NCBI GenBank assembly: GCA_949295995.1
Contig: CASFNK010000006.1
Location: 1,124-65,123, forward strand
Length of the DNA: 64,000 nt
From: an uncultured Pseudomonadota bacterium
Lineage (GTDB): Bacteria > Pseudomonadota > Alphaproteobacteria > RF32 > CAG-239
Direction of reading: 5' to 3'
Shown: in pieces, positions 54,666 through 63,900 of the stretch
How the letters are laid out: each line of letters opens with the position of its first letter
How positions within the stretch are numbered: the first letter of the stretch is position 1
The notes under the pieces: model-generated
Databases searched by the model: none
What the model was told of the DNA's origin: nothing
Seen by the model: only the letters and a program-made list of their open reading frames with translations
Made by a program: the position numbers and the translations under genes

Positions 54666-55400
54666 ATGGATAATCGTCTGGAAGGAAATAACGCGCAGCA
54701 ACGGCTTATTGGGCGGCAGGCACAACCGCAGCAAACGGTTAGGTCTCGCACCACGGAAGATGTTTTTGTTGCCAATGTTGGAGAGAAAAGGTATTTATGG
54801 ACGGCTCGTGCTTTTGCTGTCATTACGGCAATAAGTTTATGCTGTAATATAGTTCTGTTTTTGGCAATAGTTCAGGTAATGCCGTTATTTCGCATAGAAC
54901 CGTTTTTATTGACATTTCAGGCGAAGGGTGAACAAGTTTATAACATAGTTCCGGTAAGAGGAAATCTAGCGGATGAAAAGGCAATAACGGAAGTTTTTGT
55001 GAGGGAGTATGTCTTGCAAAGGAGTTCGTTTGACCGAGATATTCCGGAAATGGAGGCGCGTTGGATGCCGGGAGGTCCGATACAAGAAATGTCATCTCCC
55101 GCAGTATATCAAGAATTTTTAAATAAAACGGCTAAAAGGGCGATAGAATTGATAAGAGCCAAGAGTTTACAAAGGAATGTTCGTATATTAACTGTTAACG
55201 AATTGGGACAAGGGCTCTGGCAAGTTGAATATGAAACGCAAGATATGTACCCGGATTCAGTTAAACCAGAAATAAATTATTGGACGGCATCACTTCGTGT
55301 CAGTTATGTAAGAAAGAGAGTTAAATACGGAGAGCGGTTGAATAATCCGGTAGGATTTACGGTAGATAGGTATTCTTTGTCATTAAATAGGGTTCAATAG
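54666..55400 (+). CDS. virB8: VirB8-like T4SS protein, copy b
   Basis: TM FAVITAISLCCNIVLFLAIV. C-terminal NNPVGFTVDRYSLS. Colinear with copy a (EPFLLTF vs EPFLIIN; YWTASLRVSY vs YWTASVTAFF). Confidence 0.8.
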   Translation: MDNRLEGNNAQQRLIGRQAQPQQTVRSRTTEDVFVANVGEKRYLWTARAFAVITAISLCCNIVLFLAIVQVMPLFRIEPFLLTFQAKGEQVYNIVPVRGNLADEKAITEVFVREYVLQRSSFDRDIPEMEARWMPGGPIQEMSSPAVYQEFLNKTAKRAIELIRAKSLQRNVRILTVNELGQGLWQVEYETQDMYPDSVKPEINYWTASLRVSYVRKRVKYGERLNNPVGFTVDRYSLSLNRVQ

Positions 55401-55420
55401 GAAGATTAAGGTATTAAAAA

Positions 55421-57061
55421 ATGATTTTGAAAGTTGGCAAATTTTTAATAATAGGAGCGATTGCGATAATAATGAGTCGCAATGTTTATGCGCAAGCCAC
55501 AATGGGAAGTTTAGATCAAAATGCCGACCAAAGTCAGGGACAATATATGCCGATGAATTTAGGTTATGCCGGTTTTAATTCTTTGGGAATGACACAGGCG
55601 GCCTGGTTAGATCCGCTCCAAAATCTGGGAGAAGGACAAAGCAAGCCGGCATATTCCAAATATTATTGGTCTCCGGATTTGATATTACCGATACGCCTTC
55701 GTGAAGGAATGATAACTTTGCTTAATTTTCCGGATTGGGAATTAATTGAAGATATGTACATAGGAGACAATGCGACATTTGATGGTCAAATATCTGGTCC
55801 AAATACGATTTTATTATATCCGCGCAAAGGGGCAAATGTCGGGGTGGATACCAATATCATTATTTTTGGACGTTCAGGGAACAAATATGTTTTTTATGTA
55901 AAGAGCGAAGGAGTAAATACGGAGCGATTGACGAATTCCATCATTGATATTGATGTGATTGACGGTCCTTCCGGCTCAAGAGGGGCCGGTCTGGCAGGAG
56001 GAAGTGTAGGAGGAGGCTCGGGAGTTAATGCTTCAACTTATAAAGCCAATAATTCTCATTCGGCAGATTCTCTTTTTACAAAAAGTTTCCAACGAAGCGA
56101 TTGGATAAAAGAAATCCCTGTTGACCCGAGTAAATTTCGTTTTGATATAGAAGTTTATGTTCCCAATCCGGATGATGTGGTTATTGCACCGGAAAGAGTA
56201 TGGAGAGATGATATTTTCACCTATATTGATTTTGGTGAAAAGGCCTTAAATATGACACAACGTCCGATAGTTACGCTAATTGTAGAAAGAATAGAGGTTC
56301 CGGTAGGGTTTAGAACCAAGGGTCCAAATAATCGTCTGATAATAGTAGAAGGTATAGGTGATATGGTTTTACGGAACGGCAAGCGAATAGTTTGTTTAAA
56401 GATGCGTCGTTCAGATGATGCCGGATTAGAAAATGCGACTTATGCAACGGATTTTGAGGATTCTACATGGGATGTTCCGCAACCTATTCCTGGAGGCACA
56501 ATGCGTCCGACCGGAGGAACGGGTAGTAATAGTGAATTTAATTCTTCGGCAAACGGAATGCCTGGTCAATATGACATTCAGGTCGGACAAAGCGAGATAG
56601 TTGTTCCTCGCTATGGGAATAATATGGCAAACGGCGGCAATAGCAATGGAGTAACAATAGGTTTCCAACCACCTAATGACGGATATGATTATTCAAAAAT
56701 GCAACATATAAAGAATAATAACCAATATTCGGGTACAGTTAGCCCGCAAGGAGGAAATAAGAGCGGGTATGGTTTCGGATCAGGATTTGTAGGTGCGGAT
56801 AGCTCGAATATTTCAATAGAGTTGGGAACGGATGCTAATGTCTCAAATCTTGAAAATTTGTGGAGTGAGCTTTCTAAAAAATATCCGGATGTATTGAGTC
56901 GCTATGAGCCGTTTTTCTCAGTAGATGCGCCGGCGGATGGACAGGGGAAAGAACTGTTTCACTTGCGTGTTGGACCGGTTAAAAGTTTAGAATCAGGAGA
57001 CAACGTCTGTAGTCGTTTAGGACGTAACGGGGTATTTTGTAGCGTAGTAAGGACGCAATGA
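55421..57061 (+). CDS. virB9: VirB9/TrbG-like T4SS outer-membrane core protein with a C-terminal SPOR-like domain
   Basis: Signal peptide. VirB9 N-domain pattern (ILPIRLREGMITLLNFPDWELIEDMYIGD...NTILLYPRK...TNIIIFGRSGNKYVFYV). VirB9 C-domain (APERVWRDDIFTYIDFGE...IVCLKMR). The last ~85 aa are SPOR-like (ISIELGTDANVSNLENLWSEL...LFHLRVGPVKSLESGDNVCSRLGRNGVFCSVV). Confidence 0.75.
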   Translation: MILKVGKFLIIGAIAIIMSRNVYAQATMGSLDQNADQSQGQYMPMNLGYAGFNSLGMTQAAWLDPLQNLGEGQSKPAYSKYYWSPDLILPIRLREGMITLLNFPDWELIEDMYIGDNATFDGQISGPNTILLYPRKGANVGVDTNIIIFGRSGNKYVFYVKSEGVNTERLTNSIIDIDVIDGPSGSRGAGLAGGSVGGGSGVNASTYKANNSHSADSLFTKSFQRSDWIKEIPVDPSKFRFDIEVYVPNPDDVVIAPERVWRDDIFTYIDFGEKALNMTQRPIVTLIVERIEVPVGFRTKGPNNRLIIVEGIGDMVLRNGKRIVCLKMRRSDDAGLENATYATDFEDSTWDVPQPIPGGTMRPTGGTGSNSEFNSSANGMPGQYDIQVGQSEIVVPRYGNNMANGGNSNGVTIGFQPPNDGYDYSKMQHIKNNNQYSGTVSPQGGNKSGYGFGSGFVGADSSNISIELGTDANVSNLENLWSELSKKYPDVLSRYEPFFSVDAPADGQGKELFHLRVGPVKSLESGDNVCSRLGRNGVFCSVVRTQ

Positions 57062-60000
57062 GCAAAGAAGTACTAACACATTCGGAAAGTTACATAAAAA
57101 AAACCAACCGCATAATTTTTGTGGTTGGTCTTACCTCTTTTGTAATTTTTGTATTAGGAGTAATGCTTTTATTGCAAAGTGGTCCTGTTGAGAATGAATA
57201 TACGGAACCAGTATTTACGACCAATGATGATGCGTTAAATATAAGTATGGATACGGGACCAAGCAACAATATAGAGTTTGGCGTTTTAGAAGATGGCGAA
57301 CCCCCGATAACAACAACACCCAATCCAGTACAAATGGGTCAAGTTGTTTTAGGAACAGATGCAAAGAATGTTTTAACCATAGGAACCAACGCAAAAGCGG
57401 CAATAAAAATTGTATCGGTGCAGCTTGCGGAGCCGCCGTTTGATGGCTTTACGTTTAAGGATGATTGTACGGACAAAGAATTACGAGGTCATGAAACTTG
57501 TGATATTACGATGGGTTGGACGCCGATTGTTCCTGGAAATGTTCAAAATAACTTCATAATCACCTGGCATGAATCGAATTTAACGACGGCCAATGCAAAA
57601 TCAGCAAAAGTTCCGGTCGAAGGTAACGCGATACGCAAAGAAGATTGTAATTTTTGTGAACAAGTTCCGACCGACAGCGCTAAAACGAGTAGCGGACAAG
57701 AAGCAAAGGGTCTTCACACAAGGAACGCAATAGGACCTAATGGTGAAATAATAGGTACGATAGATGAAGAAGGCTATGTTAGAGATGCCAACGGCAATAT
57801 CATAGGAAGAGCCAATTCAGCCGGAATGATAGTAGATGAAAACGGCAATGTAATAGGCGTAGGAGAAAATCGACGTTTGGTATATGATGCCAACGGTAAT
57901 GTTATTGGCTACGTCAACCCGGATGGGAGTGTCGTTGACTTGAATGGCAATGTCATTGGCAGAGTACTACCTGATGGCACGGTTGTAGATATGGATGGTA
58001 ATGTTATAGGAAAAGCTGTAGATGCAGGTTTTGTCTATGATGAAAATGGCAATATCATAGGACGAGTATTGCCTGACGGCACGGTTGTAGATATGAATGG
58101 GAATGTAATCGGTCGCCTAAATGAGAAGGGAGAAGTAGTAGATGCCAACGGCAACATAATTGGTCGAGTAAGCAAACAAGGTCGTGTAGCCGTAGATGAA
58201 AAAGGTAATGTTATAGGCGTTGTGATGCCGGATGGTACGGTTGTTGATAAAAACGGAAATATAGTCGGTCAAGTTGACGAAAATGGCAAAGTTGTTGGTA
58301 AAAATGTATTGGGCAATGCTGGTGGTTCAGCAACTTTGGCATATGATAAGAATGGGAAAGTAATAGGTTTTGTTGATGCCAACGGAAATGTTATAGATGA
58401 AAATGGCAATATCATAGGAAAAAAAGATGCCAATGGAAATATAGTAGATGAAAACGGCAATATTATCGGGAAATCAGCCACAGTTGCGCAAAGACGTTTG
58501 GCGTATGATAAAGACGGTAATGTAATCGGTTATGTAGATGAAAACGGAAATGTTGTTGATTTTAATGGCAATATCATAGGTAAGGTACTACCTGATGGTA
58601 CGATAGTTGATGCCGAAGGAAATGTTATAGGTCGAGCAGCCAATGTTCCAGGACGAAGACTTGTTTATGATAAAGACGGCAATGTGATAGGCTATGTTGA
58701 TGAAGATGGTAATGTACGGGATGCTAATGGAAATATTATAGGTCGGGTATTACCGGACGGAACGGTTGTTGATAATAACGGCAATGTCATAGGAAAAGTT
58801 GCCGATATGAATATCGGTGCGCAAAGACGGCTGGCTTACGACAAAGACGGCAATATCATAGGTTATATTGATGAAAATGGAAATGTCGTTGATTTTAACG
58901 GTAATATCATAGGAAAAATGCTTGATGACGGGACATTGGTTGATTTAGAAGGAAATGTTATAGGAAAAGCCGGAGAAGTAGTTAATCTTGTTTTGGATAA
59001 AGACGGCAAAGTTATAGGTTATGTTGATGCCAATGGAAAAGTGTTTGATTTAAAAGGCAATGAAATAGGCTATGTAGATGAAAACGGCAATATAGTGAGT
59101 TCCCAAGATAAAACTCTAGGTGCATTGGTTCAAACCCGAATGATACCGATTACGCCCAAGGGAACGGTTTTGGGAAAATTAAATAATGATGGTACGGTAG
59201 TAAAAGACAGCAAAATTGTTGGTAGAGTTTTAGCCAATGGTTTGGTTCGAGATCCTGCAGGTTCAGAAGTTGTTGCAAAATTAGTAAGGGGAGGATTGGT
59301 TGTCGGTTACGGATGTAAAAATATCGGTTATTTAGATTCTGACGGGAAGATAAAAAAAGGTAATACGGAAACAAAATTAAAGCCACTTCCGGACGGCTTA
59401 ATAGTAGATGCAGAAAATAATTATGTCGGAGAAGTCATAAGAACGGGAAAAGTATTTGATAATAATTGTACCTATATAGGAGATGTTGGGACGGATGGGA
59501 CGGTTCGCACATCAGAAGGAGTTTACATTGGTTGTGTCAATCCAGACGGAACGGTTCTGAGTGAGAAGGGAGAAGTTATAGGCAGTGTTGTTCGCAATGG
59601 AGTTGCTTTAGCTTATGATGGAGAATATTTAGGGCAAGTTTCCGCAGATGGTCTGGTTATAGCACTTTCACAGCTTCCTGTAGGTTGCGTAGGTATTTAC
59701 GGAGATGTGTTCAATAAAGACGGAGCCTATATCGGTCGAGTTTTAGAGCAGACGAATGCTTATGATTTACATGGAAATTTTTTGAATTTGGTAGGACCCA
59801 ATGGTCGAATAGCCATCAGTGGTCAGTCTGATGCCAAACTTTATGCCAATAATTTGGTAGCAAACGACCGCAACGAGATTATAGGTGTGTTAATGGATGA
59901 AAAATCAACCATAATTTCACCAGAAGGTAACTTTAAGGGGCGTCTTTTTCCTAACGGAGAAATTTACGATTCCAAGGGGAGTGCAATAGGTCATCTTCAT

Positions 60001-60981
60001 GGAGATGGAATGAATTTTTATAATTCAGCAATAGGAAACACGGTCAAAAAAGGATTTGTTTCAGATTTTGAGGGGAAAACAATAGGGCAAGTTACGTATG
60101 ACGGGCAAGTTATAACGCGCTTTGGTGAAAATTTAGGTCGAATTGACGCAAAAGGGAATTTTATAGATAATAAGGGAGTTTATCGAGGCAGCGTAATTTC
60201 CAGAGGAAGTGCCATAGGTTATGACGGGTCATTTTTAGGCTATTCTACAACAGACGGAACGGTTATCAGCATGGAAGGAAACAAAGTCGGAATGACAAGT
60301 TCTGATGGAAAAGTTGTTGATATAAAAGGTACGGTAATTGGAGAAGTAATTCCCGAAAACATAGTTGTTGATATTTGGGGCAACTACAAAGGTCGAGTAA
60401 ATTCGGTCGGAGACGTAATCGATTTGAAAGATGAAGTAATAACAGCGGTTCTTCCAGGTGGTTCGACGGATAAAAATTTAAGTTTGTTACGCCGAGGAAC
60501 GGTAATAGATTTTGGAGGAAACACGATAGGAGCAGTTTTACCGAATGGTCAAGTTATAGATAAAGAAAACGTTGTTATAGGACGAGTATTATCGGATGGA
60601 AATGTAATCAGCGCGTCAGGAAAATTAATAGGGGAAGTTGTTCATGGCGATATAGTTATTGATAACTCGGATAAAGTAGTAGGCTATGTAAATTTTGATG
60701 GTAAAATCAGAGACAAAGAAGGTAGCCTTATCGGTCGCGCTATTTCTGGTGATTTGGCAATAGATACCAATGATAATATTATTGGAAAAATTTATAAAAT
60801 AGGAGCCACGATTTTAGGAAATGACGGAAACTATGTTGGTCGTTTAAGTGCGGAAGGTATAGTTCAAGACAGAGAAGGCAAAAATGTAGGTTATCTTAAA
60901 AATAACGGTTCATACATAAATTTGGATAAGAAAGTTGCAGGCTACGCTTTGCAGGAAGTAGCAAAGAACCGGAGGAACTGA
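57058..60981 (+). CDS. 1307-aa membrane-anchored protein made of ~10-residue D-x-x-G-N-[VI]-[IV]-G repeats (virB10 position)
   Basis: Its ATG overlaps the virB9 stop (ATGA). N-terminal TM IIFVVGLTSFVIFVLGVMLLL. A ~150-aa non-repeat region is followed by more than 1000 aa of repeats, e.g. VVDMDGNVIGKAVDAGFVYDENGNIIGRVLPDGTVVDMNGNVIGRL. No VirB10/TrbI-like C-terminus seen. Confidence 0.7.
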   Translation: MSKEVLTHSESYIKKTNRIIFVVGLTSFVIFVLGVMLLLQSGPVENEYTEPVFTTNDDALNISMDTGPSNNIEFGVLEDGEPPITTTPNPVQMGQVVLGTDAKNVLTIGTNAKAAIKIVSVQLAEPPFDGFTFKDDCTDKELRGHETCDITMGWTPIVPGNVQNNFIITWHESNLTTANAKSAKVPVEGNAIRKEDCNFCEQVPTDSAKTSSGQEAKGLHTRNAIGPNGEIIGTIDEEGYVRDANGNIIGRANSAGMIVDENGNVIGVGENRRLVYDANGNVIGYVNPDGSVVDLNGNVIGRVLPDGTVVDMDGNVIGKAVDAGFVYDENGNIIGRVLPDGTVVDMNGNVIGRLNEKGEVVDANGNIIGRVSKQGRVAVDEKGNVIGVVMPDGTVVDKNGNIVGQVDENGKVVGKNVLGNAGGSATLAYDKNGKVIGFVDANGNVIDENGNIIGKKDANGNIVDENGNIIGKSATVAQRRLAYDKDGNVIGYVDENGNVVDFNGNIIGKVLPDGTIVDAEGNVIGRAANVPGRRLVYDKDGNVIGYVDEDGNVRDANGNIIGRVLPDGTVVDNNGNVIGKVADMNIGAQRRLAYDKDGNIIGYIDENGNVVDFNGNIIGKMLDDGTLVDLEGNVIGKAGEVVNLVLDKDGKVIGYVDANGKVFDLKGNEIGYVDENGNIVSSQDKTLGALVQTRMIPITPKGTVLGKLNNDGTVVKDSKIVGRVLANGLVRDPAGSEVVAKLVRGGLVVGYGCKNIGYLDSDGKIKKGNTETKLKPLPDGLIVDAENNYVGEVIRTGKVFDNNCTYIGDVGTDGTVRTSEGVYIGCVNPDGTVLSEKGEVIGSVVRNGVALAYDGEYLGQVSADGLVIALSQLPVGCVGIYGDVFNKDGAYIGRVLEQTNAYDLHGNFLNLVGPNGRIAISGQSDAKLYANNLVANDRNEIIGVLMDEKSTIISPEGNFKGRLFPNGEIYDSKGSAIGHLHGDGMNFYNSAIGNTVKKGFVSDFEGKTIGQVTYDGQVITRFGENLGRIDAKGNFIDNKGVYRGSVISRGSAIGYDGSFLGYSTTDGTVISMEGNKVGMTSSDGKVVDIKGTVIGEVIPENIVVDIWGNYKGRVNSVGDVIDLKDEVITAVLPGGSTDKNLSLLRRGTVIDFGGNTIGAVLPNGQVIDKENVVIGRVLSDGNVISASGKLIGEVVHGDIVIDNSDKVVGYVNFDGKIRDKEGSLIGRAISGDLAIDTNDNIIGKIYKIGATILGNDGNYVGRLSAEGIVQDREGKNVGYLKNNGSYINLDKKVAGYALQEVAKNRRN

Positions 60982-60982
60982 G

Positions 60983-63900
60983 TTGGGACTGGGAAAAACA
61001 AAAAATAAATACTGTGCCAGGACACTAAAGTTTATTAATATTCTGTTTGGAATATTAATATTTAGCTTTAATGCACAAGCTCAAGAGATTACGGCGGTTG
61101 ATTTTAACGGGGATTTGATAGGAAAAGTAATTCCCGATGGTAAAGTAGTTAGTTTTGATAACCAACTTATCGGCAATGTAACGGCAGATAGTTTGATATT
61201 AAATTTCGACGGAGAAATCATCGGAGGAGTTATTCCTCAAGGTATAGCGATTGGCAATGATAATAAGCCGTTAGGTAAAGTCAATAACGATGGATCCGTT
61301 CGTCTTCCATCTGGAAAAATAATAGCTAAAGTATTGCCGAACGGTTTAGTTTTGGATGAGTATTTTAATGTTATTGGCTCAGTTTTGTTTCCGGGGCTTG
61401 TTTATTCTGATGACGGGAAAACAGTGGGACGTTTAACCGGAGATGGCTTATATACCAATTTGCAAGGACAAGCGATAGGTTTTGTATCTCCGGATGGCTA
61501 TGCATACCGCAAAGTTGGACAAGATTATATTTTAGATGGACGTCTGATTTCTTCCAAAATGGTAGTATCGTTACGAGGTGAATTTATCGGCAGTGTAGCC
61601 CCTGGAGGAAATGTTACAAATTTTGAAGCACAAACCATAGGCTATGTCAAAGCCAATGGTTTTGTGTATGATAAGGATAATCAAATTATCGGTAGTATAG
61701 TTCGTTCAGGCTATGCTTTGGATAATTCTGGTAAATATTTAGGTTTTGTAACCTATAACGGCGAAGTTGTTGACAAGAACAATATAGTCGGACGAGTTCA
61801 GGCAGATGAAAATATTATCAACGAACAGGGCGACATAATAGGCTCGGTTGTAGATTTTTCAGCGACGGCAACGGATTTAAATGGTAAATATTTAGGTCGA
61901 GTTGTTCCGCAAGGAAAAGTAAGAAAGACGAAAGAAGATATTGGCCAAGTCGGGAACAGAGGTGTAATTTTGTCTTCAGACGGAACGCTGATAGGTAAGA
62001 TTATCAAAACCGGTCCTGTATTTGACTATCGAGGCAGTCTGAAAGGTCATGCCTCAAAGAATGGTTCAATAGTAACCATGGAAGGAACTCCGGCAGGTTA
62101 TATAATGGACAATATGGCTTATGAAAATACCGGACGAGCCATAGGTGCAACTATGAAAAATCTGTTAGCAATTAGTTCGAATAATAGCCCGCTGGGAGTT
62201 GTAGGAATCAGCGGTTCGGTAATGGATGGAGAAGAAAAAAAATATATGTCTCCGTTTGGGTATCTTTTCTCAGCAGATGGGAAAGTAGTAGGGGTAGGCT
62301 TAAGTTTATCTTCCGTATATAACATTACGGGAACTCCGGTAGCTCAAATAATGCCTAACGGACAGCTAACCAATAAAAATGTTCAGTCATTGGGAAAATT
62401 AACCCAATCAGGATTTAATATAGATGAGCGAAATTTAATAATCGGAAAAAATCTCGATAATGGATATTTTGTAGATTCCCAAGGGAATTCAATCGGATTA
62501 TTAAATAACAGTAATCTTGTGCAGAAGCGAGATGGCAGCATTTTGGGTAAATATATTCCAGACGGTTCGGTTGTTGCATCGCAAGATAATACCTCAGTAA
62601 ATATGATGCCACAGCAAGGAACGGGACGAACAGCTTCACTGGCGATGTCTTTTAATGGTCGTTTAGTTGGCTATGCCAACAATTTAGGAATAGTCAAAGA
62701 TTTTGGCGGTTCAAATCTAGGAAAAATCACGTCAGAAGCAATTTTGCTAGATAATACTGGTTCAGCCATAGGCGGTGTAATAGACTATGAAACGGCCATA
62801 GACGATAAATGCTCTTTTTTAGGAGTTATCACCTCACGCGGAGAAGTTAGGAACTATCGAGAAACGGTTATGGGGCGTTCCTTGCTGAATGGGCAAGTTA
62901 TATCGGAAAATGGGAGCTATATAGGTTACAGTGTTAAGCCGACGGCAGTAATAGATTATAATGGTAATGTGATAGGAACAGTATCAAGCAATGGACAAGT
63001 TTTAAATTATAATAATAACATTTTAGGATGTATAGATAAACGCGGTTTTCTAAAAAGCGATGAAGGTATTTCCCTGGCTCATACTATAGAATATTATCCT
63101 GTTATGAGCTTTAACGGCGTAATTTTAGGTCGCAGTGTTTTAGATGGTCAAGTAGTTAATTCAGAAAACCAATTTATAGGATATACACAAGCTAACGGCA
63201 ATGTTAATTCCAAAACGGGCTCGCCAATCGGACATTTATTAAAATACCGCTATGCCTTTAGTTTGGCCAATAAATATATAGGTAGAATCACCGGTGATGG
63301 AAATGTTATAGATGGTTCCGGCAATAATATAGGAAAAATTGATTTTGAAGGGAATGTTATAAAAGACAATTACAAAATTGGTTATGCGCTTTATGACTTT
63401 TATATTTACGATAATGATTTTGAGGTTATAGGCGTTATCCAAAAAGACGGTAATGTTCTGTCTTTTGTGAATCAGAATTTAGGTCATTTAAGCAGAGGTT
63501 TTCTGCTTGATAAAAATGATGAGGTAAAAGGCAGAGGGAATAGGGATTTTTATATAAGAGACGATTCCAACCGTATTTTGGGAGAATTAACTCTAAAGGG
63601 AGAGTTAAAAGATATAAACAACAATATATTAGGCACGATTACTAAAAACGGCAATATTATAGATTCCAATGGGCGTGTAGTAGCAGTTGCAAAACCGTTA
63701 CAATATTATGGAGAGATAGTAGAAAGAGAAAAGGTATTTGACGTAAATGGCAATCTATTAGGCTATGTGAATGCAGACGGAACTGTAACTGATGACAAAG
63801 GCAATATAATCGGTTCGGTACAAAATGGAAAAGTTGTAGATGCAAAGGGTAATGAAATCGGAGAATTGGCAAGTACGAAGATTGCCTATGATGCAAATGG

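Noticed and set aside
57058-60981. Calling this ORF a canonical VirB10, or an RTX-type calcium-binding toxin
   Set aside because: It is in the virB10 position and has an N-terminal anchor. However, its C-terminus is still repeat sequence and shows no TrbI/VirB10 barrel-like region. The repeat period is ~10 and it lacks the GGxGxD nonapeptide consensus, so it is not RTX.
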